Below, piece after piece: positions 37,655-46,734 of a stretch of 51,588 nt of DNA. The notes under the pieces are model-generated. The model did not search any database and had not been told where the DNA came from. It saw only the letters and a program-made list of their open reading frames with translations. The DNA lies in the NCBI GenBank assembly GCA_003249165.1, contig QKJV01000214.1:1-51588 (forward strand), written 5' to 3'. Numbering within the stretch: the stretch's first letter is position 1; every line of letters begins with the position of its first letter. The position numbers were made by a program, and so were the translations under genes. This DNA comes from Desulfobulbaceae bacterium. Its GTDB lineage: Bacteria; Desulfobacterota; Desulfobulbia; Desulfobulbales; SURF-16.

Positions 37655-40042
37655 ATGAAGGCTTTCAAGGCTGTGCTCATTGTCGCGCTATTGCTTTTTA
37701 TCCAGGCATATACTTCCACTGTTTTTGCTGGTTCCGGGTACATGCGGCTCAGTTATCTGCAAGGTGATGCTCAGATTATGAACCCTGAAGCAGGGGAATG
37801 GACTCTCCTTTCAATAAATACTCCAATTGGCGAAGGTGACCAAATCTGGATCCCCAGGGATGGCATTGCCGAGCTGGAGCTTAATTCAGGAAGTTATATC
37901 AGGCTCGATAGTGACTCCTCGCTGCAGATACTCGCTATGGATCAGAATTCGTCGCAGTTTTATCTTTCTCAGGGAAGCGCCTATGTCTATTACAATGCCC
38001 CACGGGGGAACGTCATTCAGGTTGATACTCCGGACGCCTCGACTCGCGTCTTCGACCAGGCTATTTTCAGAATTGATATACTGGATCAATACACTGATGT
38101 CTCATGCTATAAAGGATATGTGGAAACGGAGAACCAGCGCGGCATGATCAGTTTAAATGCCGGACAGACGATTTCTCTTGGACGTGACACGAATGGAAGT
38201 ATAGCGCCTGTTGGTCCGCCTGACGGATGGGATCAGTGGAACAGGGAGAGAAATGACCAGCTTTTCCCGAAAAGACAAGCCGCAGGTGGCAACTATCTGC
38301 CGATGGAATTGCGGTCTTACTCCTACGAGCTCGACAGAAGCGGAAGGTGGGCGCATGTGCCACAGTATGGTAATGTCTGGATTCCCACCGTTTCCGTCGG
38401 AATTGACTGGGCTCCTTACCGGCACGGTAGATGGGTTCGTCGCGGGCATGACTATATATGGTTGGCCTCTGAACCATGGGGATGGGTGCCTTATCATTAT
38501 GGCAGATGGGCGTTTACTCCAGCCTTTGGCTGGTTCTGGGTGCCACCGCTTGCAGGTTCAGTTTACTGGGGGCCCGGATATGTCGGTTGGGTCATGAGTG
38601 ACGATTATGTCGGTTGGGTCCCGCTTGCACCTGGAGAAATTTATTATGGAAGGGGCTATTTTGGGCGTTACAGCGTAAATATCACCCATATAGATATAAG
38701 ACGAGTTCATGTCACGAGAGAATACAGAAATGTGCACGTGCACAACGGGCCGACCATTATCAAAAGGAACAGTTTTTACAGAGGATATCCAGGTGACGGT
38801 TATCACGCAATGAAGATGCCGAAAGAAAAAATATTTGACATAAAGCATATGCGTCCAGGGATTCCCAATTTTAAACCGCCTAAAGAAAGCTACTATATTT
38901 CGGAAAGAGTTATTCCAAGGGATAAGCTTGCTCCGGCTCGGGTGAGGGAAATCAAGTTCAGAGAACTCAAAGAGTCACGCCGTTTCATCAAAGACAGGGA
39001 TAAATCCGTTTTGCATCCTGGTATGAGACTTAAACCTATGCCGATTGATGTCGTTTCGACGCCGAGAAGTCCAGGCAGGAACAGAAATTTAGCGCCACAT
39101 GAGATGTCCGGGAATCAGCAATTTCCTGGGCGGTTTGATAATGACCATGGCAAGGGAGAGAGGGGAAAAGAGATGCGGAATGAGGATCGACAGGACTATT
39201 CGGTTCCTCCCCGCGGGCGTGATGGACGAGATGACCAGAAACAAAGGCAGCTTTTTGAGGATCGTAAACAATCGGTATTTCCTGATTCAGGACGAAACCA
39301 GAATGATGAAGCGAAAAAAATGCGCGATGACAGGCAGCGTGGGAAGACTATGCCAGATATCAGTCGGGACCGAAATGGAGATGCTGATCAGCGGCACAAG
39401 GAAGAGCAACGTCGGTACGAGTCCCCGGATGCTGGTCAGTGGAAAAGGACGGAACCAAAGCCGACAGAGGTTGAATCACGTGGACATGATCGATTGGTAA
39501 CCCCTGAACCGAGACAATCTAAACCCTTTGAACGGAATATTTCTAATCTTCCGGATAAAAGTCGGGAGAGAAGAGAGGATTCAAATCAGGGACAGAGTGA
39601 AAAACAACGTCAATTCGTTATTCCTGATACGAATCGAGGAAAAAATACGCAACCGCAACAAAAGCATATCGAGGAACAACGACAGCGTGAAATTCCTGAA
39701 AGGAATATGAATCGCAATGAGGAGCCGCAGGGTATGCAGTTGCGGGAGCAACGTCAATTCATCGCACCGAACAACAATCGCGATCGAAGGGAAGAAAGGC
39801 CTCGAATGCAATTGGAGGAGCAACGAAGGCCTACGTCGACAGATATAGGGCGCTCTAGGTATGAAGAGCGTAGACAGGCCAGGCCTGACGAACAGCAACG
39901 GCGGTCTTCTGGTATTGAAAGTACCCATGGCTTTCGTGGTAACAGAAATCAGAGCGAGGAAAAGTCCGGTTCAGCCCAGTGCGGCCCGGGGCAAAAAGAC
40001 GAATTTAATTCTGAAAAATGTCCTCAACGCCAAAGGAGATAG
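37655..40042 (+). CDS. secreted FecR/DUF6600-domain protein with a long repetitive charged tail
   Basis: AAGGAGG RBS, signal peptide, FecR-like beta domain, Trp/Pro/Tyr-rich W.PY..G.W and PWGW.PYHYGRW region, low-complexity R/E/Q/D tail. Confidence 0.8.
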   Translation: MKAFKAVLIVALLLFIQAYTSTVFAGSGYMRLSYLQGDAQIMNPEAGEWTLLSINTPIGEGDQIWIPRDGIAELELNSGSYIRLDSDSSLQILAMDQNSSQFYLSQGSAYVYYNAPRGNVIQVDTPDASTRVFDQAIFRIDILDQYTDVSCYKGYVETENQRGMISLNAGQTISLGRDTNGSIAPVGPPDGWDQWNRERNDQLFPKRQAAGGNYLPMELRSYSYELDRSGRWAHVPQYGNVWIPTVSVGIDWAPYRHGRWVRRGHDYIWLASEPWGWVPYHYGRWAFTPAFGWFWVPPLAGSVYWGPGYVGWVMSDDYVGWVPLAPGEIYYGRGYFGRYSVNITHIDIRRVHVTREYRNVHVHNGPTIIKRNSFYRGYPGDGYHAMKMPKEKIFDIKHMRPGIPNFKPPKESYYISERVIPRDKLAPARVREIKFRELKESRRFIKDRDKSVLHPGMRLKPMPIDVVSTPRSPGRNRNLAPHEMSGNQQFPGRFDNDHGKGERGKEMRNEDRQDYSVPPRGRDGRDDQKQRQLFEDRKQSVFPDSGRNQNDEAKKMRDDRQRGKTMPDISRDRNGDADQRHKEEQRRYESPDAGQWKRTEPKPTEVESRGHDRLVTPEPRQSKPFERNISNLPDKSRERREDSNQGQSEKQRQFVIPDTNRGKNTQPQQKHIEEQRQREIPERNMNRNEEPQGMQLREQRQFIAPNNNRDRREERPRMQLEEQRRPTSTDIGRSRYEERRQARPDEQQRRSSGIESTHGFRGNRNQSEEKSGSAQCGPGQKDEFNSEKCPQRQRR
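39100..39950 (+). repeat. degenerate 72-bp (24-aa) tandem repeats in the FecR/DUF6600 gene tail
   Basis: Units resembling (E/D)(E/K/D)QRxxxxP(D/E) start at 39527, 39599, 39671, 39743, 39815 and 39887 (exact 72-nt period). Further units lie upstream (EDRKQSVFPD, DRQRGKTMPD, EEQRRYESPD). Confidence 0.7.
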
Positions 40043-40060
40043 CTGGAATTTTGTGAATTG

Positions 40061-40094
40061 AAAAAAAAGAGGGGCAGGTGACCCTCTTTTTTTT
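40061..40094. terminator. bidirectional intrinsic terminator
   Basis: AAAAAAAAGAGGG-gcaggtga-CCCTCTTTTTTTT hairpin between convergent genes, with U-tracts on both strands. Confidence 0.85.
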
Positions 40095-40121
40095 GTAAAA
40101 AAACTGGCGAAAAGTAGGAGG

Positions 40122-40958
40122 TCAGTTCGTTTTCCCTTTGCCGCTGAGTAGCTTGTCAACCTCATCGGCGAGAAAACCGAGATGCATTTTTTCCTCTTCC
40201 GCAAGATGGAGAAACATTTCTCTGCTGTTTTCATCAGGATTTTTGCGGGCGAGTCTGCTATAGAGGTCATGTGCCTGGGTTTCCAGCATCATTGCCAGGT
40301 AGAGGATATCCTCGCGGTCGTGAACATGCTGTTCAAAATGCTTGAGAATTACTTCCCTGCTGAACCCGCCCTCCATGATATTGCTCTCTTTGTTCACTTT
40401 AGGGATGTCTTCCTCCGACGGTTTGAAATCGGCTATCAGCTTGGCTTTGTGTCTGTCTTCAAAGCTCGCCAGACGGAGGAGGAGGTCCTTTTCTTCCTGA
40501 GTTTCGCATCTTTCGGCAAAGGCAAAATATAGTTGTTGCAGACCTTCTTCCATTGTGTAGGCCATGGTGAAAGCATCTTTGTATTCGCCTGAAGTGAAAA
40601 ACTCCATACCCAAGGTTTCTGGTCCTTTAGCCTTGAAGCCGTTCCATGCCTTAATGCCGCCGGAGAGATTGTAAACATTCTTGAAGTTGCTGCCCTGCAG
40701 CATCTGGGCTGCAGCCTTGCTCCGGCCACCGATGGCGCAGTAAACCAAGGTCGGCTTGGACGGGTCGAGTTCGTTAAGCCGGGACATCAGTTCCTTAAGC
40801 GGTATGAGAATAGCACCCGGAATATGTTCGAGTTCGTATTCTTTGGGTTGCCGGACATCGAGAAGCTGAAAACTATCAGCCGGATTTTCCCTTATGAAAG
40901 CACGAGCCTCGTCGGCATCCATGTTTTTTGATGGCAGAAATAAACTTTTCCAGTTCAT
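40122..40958 (-). CDS. rhodanese + ferritin-like (rubrerythrin-type) fusion protein
   Basis: LLDVRQP.EY...HIPGA and active loop CAIGGRS; C-terminal four-helix diiron-type motifs (MEE...EDRH; LE...EEKMH). Confidence 0.82.
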   Translation of the reverse strand: MNWKSLFLPSKNMDADEARAFIRENPADSFQLLDVRQPKEYELEHIPGAILIPLKELMSRLNELDPSKPTLVYCAIGGRSKAAAQMLQGSNFKNVYNLSGGIKAWNGFKAKGPETLGMEFFTSGEYKDAFTMAYTMEEGLQQLYFAFAERCETQEEKDLLLRLASFEDRHKAKLIADFKPSEEDIPKVNKESNIMEGGFSREVILKHFEQHVHDREDILYLAMMLETQAHDLYSRLARKNPDENSREMFLHLAEEEKMHLGFLADEVDKLLSGKGKTN

Positions 40959-41115
40959 TGCAATCTCCTTGTTTGATTTATGAATCCGGCTCCCGTAATG
41001 GCCAAACTGTGTAGGTTTTTAATGGTATAATAAAGATTCACTTGTTTACAATGGCACATTGCTCTTGAAAAAAAGTCCCGTAAAAAAAGAGCATTCGATA
41101 AATCATGTTTCAAGG

Positions 41116-42351
41116 TTAAGGACTAACGACTGATTTTTCAAGCAAATTAAGCAGTTGATCACGTATATTCTTTGGTTGATTCAGCATGACGGCATATGGG
41201 ATGAGGTGTAATCCCCTGGGAAAATATCCCGTATAGCAGTAAACACCGGTCATGGTGCCTGATTTTATCAGACGCCCGTTGTCCATATACAGCAGATGGG
41301 CATATGGACGGAATTCTTGGAGAATTTTTATCATGGTAGCGGGTGTGATAAGATTGTTTCTCGACAGGCCAGATCCCTCTACCATAGTTATCTGAGAGGA
41401 ATCTAAACCAAGAGAGGAAAGAAAGTCATGGAACACCTCACGACTTTTTTCCCAGGTTGCCGGGTACCCTTTTTCCTTTGCTCCGCAGGTGAGAAACAGT
41501 TGGTTAGCGATAAAATTGTTTGAGTACCGCAGCAATCCTTCAATAACCTGTTTCAAAGTTTGGCTCGAGTAATGGCTCAGAATATGTTTTGTCGAAACGG
41601 GAACGGCTTTACCAGCAACTTTACCAGAGCCCATGATGCCGCTTTTGTTTTGCAAAGCCCGGAACAGTTCACCTGTATGAATAAGGATATCTTCATTATT
41701 ATTGGTCAGATTAATTCGCTGGGTTCCGGGAGGTAAATTTTTACCCAAACGCACCATGATGGGCAGGGTTGGTGTTTGCGGTTCAGCTGATGAAATCGTT
41801 CCGTTAGGATGTTTGATAAAGTTAATAGTATTAAAGTTAGCTGCTAGGGCGCTATTGGCCGCGTCATATGGATTGAGAGTTGTGCTTCTGCCATCGGCCT
41901 GACCATTAAGCTGGAAAGCGCCAGCGTCTAGAAAAATGTTATTTATCGTGGTAACTCCCTTCTCTCTTAACGTATTGAGGATACCAGTTATTTCTTCCGA
42001 GGTAAGAAAAGGATCTCCATAGCCTTTGATATAAAGATCGTTGTCTTTAGTCAGGAAAAAATCAGTACGAAAACGAAAATTTTCGCCAAGAATACGCAGG
42101 CTGGCGAGTGAGGTAACGATTTTAAGTGTGCTGGCCGGCACGAAAAGGGTAGTGGCATTTTTTTCGGCTGTTATATGGGGGGGCGAGCCGACCTGATACC
42201 CGCCTGTAGTTATAATACTGTCAATCTGGTGGAAGACAGGCTGTTTTTCCCCGGCAGTGAGGCGGGAAGAAGAGAGAATGAGAAAAAGCAGTGACAAAAA
42301 ACAACAGGACATTGCCTTGCAAAGCAATGTCCTGTTCACATTGTGTACCAT
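41116..42351 (-). CDS. dacB: D-alanyl-D-alanine carboxypeptidase/endopeptidase (PBP4, peptidase S13)
   Basis: PASTLK (SxxK), GYGDP, SNN, EGSGLSR and KSG triad. Confidence 0.88.
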   Translation of the reverse strand: MVHNVNRTLLCKAMSCCFLSLLFLILSSSRLTAGEKQPVFHQIDSIITTGGYQVGSPPHITAEKNATTLFVPASTLKIVTSLASLRILGENFRFRTDFFLTKDNDLYIKGYGDPFLTSEEITGILNTLREKGVTTINNIFLDAGAFQLNGQADGRSTTLNPYDAANSALAANFNTINFIKHPNGTISSAEPQTPTLPIMVRLGKNLPPGTQRINLTNNNEDILIHTGELFRALQNKSGIMGSGKVAGKAVPVSTKHILSHYSSQTLKQVIEGLLRYSNNFIANQLFLTCGAKEKGYPATWEKSREVFHDFLSSLGLDSSQITMVEGSGLSRNNLITPATMIKILQEFRPYAHLLYMDNGRLIKSGTMTGVYCYTGYFPRGLHLIPYAVMLNQPKNIRDQLLNLLEKSVVSP

Positions 42352-42360
42352 ATATACCGA

Positions 42361-43707
42361 TTAGATCTTTGGTAGATTTTTGGTGGCTTCGGCGATTGCC
42401 TCTTCCGGATAGTCGTAGTTGTGCAGTTCGCCGGCATAAAATTTTTCATAGCTTGACAGGTCAAGGAGTCCATGACCCGAGAAGTTGAAGAGGATGGTTT
42501 TCGGGTCATTGATATCGCGGGTGGCCTCGATAATTGCTGCCCGAATGGCATGGCAGGTTTCCGGGGCAGGAATAATGCCTTCCGTCTGGGCAAAGAGTCT
42601 GCCCGCCTCGAAACATTCGAGTTGATGGACGCTGATCGGTTCTATCAGTTTTTCCCGCACAAGGGCCGAGACGATGGGGGACATGCCGTGATATCGCAGA
42701 CCACCGGCGTGAATGCCCGGAGGAATGAAATCATGCCCGAGTGTATACATATAGAGCAGCGGGGTTTGGCGGGCGACATCACCATAATCATAGGCATAGA
42801 CGCCGCGGGTAAGCGTTGGGCAGGATGCGGGTTCAACGCCAACAAAGCGAATATTTTTCCCTTCAAGTTTATCGGTAAGGAAGGGGGCCACGATGCCGGC
42901 AAAATTGGAACCGCCCCCGCAGCACCCTATTACGACGTCAGGGTAGTCCCCGATTTTAGCCATCTGTTTTTTCGCCTCAAGACCAATTATGGACTGATGG
43001 ATAATGACATGGTTGAGAACCGAGCCGAGCGCGTACTTTGTATCTTCCCGTGTGGCAGCATCTTCGAGTGCCTCACTGATTGCTATACCCAGAGAACCGG
43101 CAGTATAGGGCATGTTCTCAAGAATTCTTCGACCAAAGGCTGTGTCAGGGCTAGGGCTTGCAACAATATCTGCACCATAAGTATTCATCATAATTTTACG
43201 GTACGGTTTTTGATCAAAAGAAACACGCACCATATAAACCTTGCATTCGAGCCCGAATTTATGGGTGGCAAAAGAAAGTGCGCTGCCCCATTGACCAGCG
43301 CCAGTTTCTGTTGAAAGGCGTTTGACTCCTTCCCGTTTGTTATAATATGCCTGAGCCACTGAACTGTTTGTTTTATGGCTGCCGGACGGAGAAACCCCTT
43401 CATTTTTGTAGTAAATTTTTGCTTTGGTACCGATAGCTGCTTCTAGAGCGTAGGCCCGAATCAGAGGGGAAGGCCTCCAGATATGGTAAATTTCTTGGAC
43501 CTCTTCAGGGATATCGATCCAGCGTTTATCGCTCATCTCCTGCTCAAGCAAACCAATGGGGAAAACTGGTGCAAGTTTTTCCGGGCCTGCGGGTTGTTTT
43601 GTTTCCGGGTCAAGTGGTGGATCAATGCCGTTTGGAATGTCGGGCATTACATTATACCATTGAGTCGGCATTTCATTTTCATCGAGAAGAATTTTTTTCT
43701 GTTCCAT
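42361..43707 (-). CDS. trpB2: TrpB-like PLP enzyme (TrpB2, standalone tryptophan synthase beta)
   Basis: SGSHKTN PLP lysine, [26 protein letters not shown] and FSGHG; no trpA nearby. Confidence 0.93.
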   Translation of the reverse strand: MEQKKILLDENEMPTQWYNVMPDIPNGIDPPLDPETKQPAGPEKLAPVFPIGLLEQEMSDKRWIDIPEEVQEIYHIWRPSPLIRAYALEAAIGTKAKIYYKNEGVSPSGSHKTNSSVAQAYYNKREGVKRLSTETGAGQWGSALSFATHKFGLECKVYMVRVSFDQKPYRKIMMNTYGADIVASPSPDTAFGRRILENMPYTAGSLGIAISEALEDAATREDTKYALGSVLNHVIIHQSIIGLEAKKQMAKIGDYPDVVIGCCGGGSNFAGIVAPFLTDKLEGKNIRFVGVEPASCPTLTRGVYAYDYGDVARQTPLLYMYTLGHDFIPPGIHAGGLRYHGMSPIVSALVREKLIEPISVHQLECFEAGRLFAQTEGIIPAPETCHAIRAAIIEATRDINDPKTILFNFSGHGLLDLSSYEKFYAGELHNYDYPEEAIAEATKNLPKI

Positions 43708-43884
43708 GGGTCTCTCCCTGAAGACATTGTGTGAAATATGAACTTAAGCTTGATAAATATTTTTATCGGGAAGGGGAGTTCATCCATTTATTAATGGTTA
43801 TTAAAACTTTTACGGATGAATTTGGCCGCTATAAATAACCTGAAAGTACAAATCTGTCAAAGTGAAAAGGGGGAAAACAGGTCA

Positions 43885-43913
43885 TTGACAAAGAGTTTGC
43901 CCTGATATATCTT
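43885..43913 (+). promoter_or_regulatory. sigma70 promoter for the gmhA operon
   Basis: TTGACA-17 nt-TATCTT, about 45 nt upstream of the gmhA start. Confidence 0.55.
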
Positions 43914-43958
43914 TGAATGCTTCACTAAACTCTCATAACAATGAGGAATAATACATTT

Positions 43959-44555
43959 ATGGAAGATATCCTCCGCCGTAGCCTGGCAGATTCGATAGCG
44001 GCTAAAGAAGATTTTTACCGTGACCACCGGCAGCATTTTTACCAGCTTGTTGATTGGGTTGTTAACTGCTTCAAATCTGGCAACAAGCTGATGCTCTGCG
44101 GTAACGGAGGGAGTGCAGCAGATGCGCAGCATCTCGCCGCTGAATTTGTTAATCGTTTTTTGATTAATAGATCTCCTCTTCCTGCCATTGCTTTGACAAC
44201 TGACACATCTATCCTTACCAGTGTGGGAAACGATTTTTCCTATGATGATATTTTTGCCAAACAGGTTCAGGCATTAGGTAAACAAGGAGATATTCTGCTT
44301 GGAATATCAACAAGCGGTAATTCTCCCAATGTTATACGCGCGGTTGCCGCGGCAAAAAATCTGGGCGTTAGGACAGCCGTACTTACTGGTGGCAATGGAG
44401 GTAAGCTGGCAAACGAGGCGGAACTCGTTTTAACAGTGCCAAGCAATCGTACCCCCCATATTCAGGAGACCCATCTCTGGATTGAACATATGCTCTGTTG
44501 GTTGGTCGATGAAAGACTTTTCGGCAGCCTGCGAGAGGAGGACGTGGAACAATGA
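43959..44555 (+). CDS. gmhA: D-sedoheptulose 7-phosphate isomerase
   Basis: CGNGGSAADAQH, NDFSY, ISTSGNS and IQETH. Confidence 0.95.
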   Translation: MEDILRRSLADSIAAKEDFYRDHRQHFYQLVDWVVNCFKSGNKLMLCGNGGSAADAQHLAAEFVNRFLINRSPLPAIALTTDTSILTSVGNDFSYDDIFAKQVQALGKQGDILLGISTSGNSPNVIRAVAAAKNLGVRTAVLTGGNGGKLANEAELVLTVPSNRTPHIQETHLWIEHMLCWLVDERLFGSLREEDVEQ

Positions 44556-45499
44556 GTGAAAAACCCATTGATTTGTCAGGTCTTCATACCTACTCAGTAC
44601 ATGACCGCTTCAGCAAGGTGACCGTTGAACATTTTGCACGACCTGTTGGGGCAGGAGCAACAGTGAAAGAATTGCTTGCCTCTTTGCCGGCGCAGTTTGC
44701 TGGGGTGGATTTCCCGGATCTACTCAATCGACTTGCTTCAGCGCATCGCAATAAAAGGCCAGTTATTATCGGTATGGGGGCTCATGTTATCAAGGTGGGA
44801 CTTAATCCCCTCTTGATAAATCTTATGGAACGATCGATTATTACAGGATTAGCATTGAACGGTGCAGGAATTGTCCATGATACCGAGATCGCTATGGTCG
44901 GTCGTACTTCAGAGGATGTAGGCCAGGTTCTCGGGAGCGGAGCCTTTGGGGCAGCAAAGGAAACCGGAGAGGAAGTGAATGCTGCTATTAATCGAGGTGC
45001 GGAAAAAAATATCGGCTTGGGGCAGGCAATGGGTGAGCACCTGGTTAACAGAAAATTTCCTTTCAATAACATGAGTTTACTTGCTTCCGCCTACCGCCTC
45101 GGCGTGCCGGTAACTGTTCATGTTGCATTAGGTACCGATATCGTACATATTCATCCCTCTGCTGACGGAGCTGCTATCGGGCAAACCAGCCATTATGATT
45201 TCCGCCTGTTCTGCTCTTTGGTCAGTGAGCTTGATGGGGGAGCGTATCTGAATATTGGTTCTGCCGTTCTGCTACCAGAGGTCTTTCTGAAAGCTATAAC
45301 CGTTGTTCGTAATCTCGGGTATCATGTGGAAAATTTTACTACGGCAAATTTTGACTTTGTTCGTCACTATCGCCCGATCACAAATGTTGTAAACCGTCCC
45401 ACTGCCGCAGGTGGTAAAGGTTTCAACTTTGTTGGACATCATGAATTGATGATTCCTTTGCTGATAGCGGGATTGCTGGACATACTCGCTGAAAAGTAA
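44552..45499 (+). CDS. conserved protein, deoxyhypusine-synthase-like fold (tentative)
   Basis: MGAHVIKVGL, NGAGIVHD.E, PVTVHVALGTD and NIGSAVLLPEVFLKA resemble the DHS-like NAD-binding fold; ATGA overlap with gmhA. Confidence 0.6.
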   Translation: MSEKPIDLSGLHTYSVHDRFSKVTVEHFARPVGAGATVKELLASLPAQFAGVDFPDLLNRLASAHRNKRPVIIGMGAHVIKVGLNPLLINLMERSIITGLALNGAGIVHDTEIAMVGRTSEDVGQVLGSGAFGAAKETGEEVNAAINRGAEKNIGLGQAMGEHLVNRKFPFNNMSLLASAYRLGVPVTVHVALGTDIVHIHPSADGAAIGQTSHYDFRLFCSLVSELDGGAYLNIGSAVLLPEVFLKAITVVRNLGYHVENFTTANFDFVRHYRPITNVVNRPTAAGGKGFNFVGHHELMIPLLIAGLLDILAEK

Positions 45500-45565
45500 A
45501 TTCTTGGCTCAATTTTCGCGTAAATTTGCTGCTCTATTTACGAATATTTAAGGAGTTGGTAAGCT

Positions 45566-45781
45566 ATGCCCTTGTTTGATTTTAAATGTCTCAAGTGCGG
45601 AAATGAGTTCGAGACCTTGGTGATGGGGAGGAGTAAGCCTGCCTGTCCAAAATGTCAGAGCGAAGATTTGGAGAAATTAATGTCATCATACACCTGCTGC
45701 CGACACAAGGGCAGCGGTTCAGCTTCCTCAGGCTCCAGTTGTTCCGGCTGCGCTGGAGGAAATTGTTCCACCTGTCATTAA
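45566..45781 (+). CDS. FmdB-family zinc-ribbon protein
   Basis: MPLFDFKC..CG.EFE...CPKC.S plus a C-terminal C..C...C..C motif; AAGGAG RBS. Confidence 0.9.
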   Translation: MPLFDFKCLKCGNEFETLVMGRSKPACPKCQSEDLEKLMSSYTCCRHKGSGSASSGSSCSGCAGGNCSTCH

Positions 45782-45798
45782 ACAGTTAAGGACCAACT

Positions 45799-46734
45799 AT
45801 GCAGAATGTGATAAAAATCGGAACTCGGGCAAGCCTGCTGGCCATGGCACAGAGTACCAATATAAAAAATCTGATCGAATCTCGCTATCCTAAAGTTTTT
45901 GTGGAGCTTGTGAAAATAGTCACAAAAGGCGATAAAATTCTTGATGTGCCGCTGGCTAAAGTTGGTGGCAAGGGGCTTTTTGTCAAGGAAATTGAAGATG
46001 CTATATTGCGGCATGATGTTGATATCGCTGTACACAGCATGAAAGATGTCCCCGCTGAACTTCCCGATGGCCTCCATCTTGGAATCATAACCAAACGTGA
46101 AGATCCTCGGGATGCGTTTATCTCGAATGAATACCAAACCCTTCGTGATTTACCGCAGGGAGCAAGAATAGGAACCAGCAGTCTGCGGCGTAAATCCCAA
46201 ATTGCAAAAATTCGAGGCGATCTGGTCATTTCGGACCTGCGTGGCAATCTCGATACCCGGCTCAGAAAGTTGGACGAAAAGCAATATGATGCGATTATCC
46301 TTGCTGCAGCAGGGCTGAATCGGCTAAAACTTTCTTCCCGTGTAGCCTCCTTTTTGGATCCGACCGAAATGCTTCCCGCAGTCGGTCAAGGTGCGGTCGG
46401 GATAGAATTAAGGCAGGCTGATGCTGATCTGTTTGAATCTCTTTCTTTTTTAGCAGATGAAACCACAGCTGTTGCGGTGCGGGCGGAACGCGCCTTCCTT
46501 CATCGTCTTGAGGGGGGATGTCAGGTTCCGATTGGCGCTTTTGCCCAACTGAAGGACAAGGAGTTGACCATCACAGGTCTCATTGCTTCCGTTGACGGTG
46601 CAAAAATGCTCAAACAGACATTGAATGGGGCCGTAGTTGATGCGGAAAAATTAGGCGTTCAACTCGCCGAAGAACTTCTCGCTAATGGCGGCGGAGAAAT
46701 CCTGGCCGAGGTTTATGGAAAAAAAATTGACTAA
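45799..46734 (+). CDS. hemC: hydroxymethylbilane synthase
   Basis: IGTR.S.LA, GGKGLFVKE, AVHSMKDVP, GTSSLRR and LEGGCQVPI. Confidence 0.97.
   Translation: MQNVIKIGTRASLLAMAQSTNIKNLIESRYPKVFVELVKIVTKGDKILDVPLAKVGGKGLFVKEIEDAILRHDVDIAVHSMKDVPAELPDGLHLGIITKREDPRDAFISNEYQTLRDLPQGARIGTSSLRRKSQIAKIRGDLVISDLRGNLDTRLRKLDEKQYDAIILAAAGLNRLKLSSRVASFLDPTEMLPAVGQGAVGIELRQADADLFESLSFLADETTAVAVRAERAFLHRLEGGCQVPIGAFAQLKDKELTITGLIASVDGAKMLKQTLNGAVVDAEKLGVQLAEELLANGGGEILAEVYGKKID

Noticed and set aside
39527-39950. 72-bp periodicity as a CRISPR array
   Set aside because: The units are degenerate and in-frame within a CDS, with no identical repeats and no cas genes.
42472-43314. 280-aa plus-strand ORF
   Set aside because: Antisense shadow of the well-supported trpB2 gene, with no recognisable motifs.
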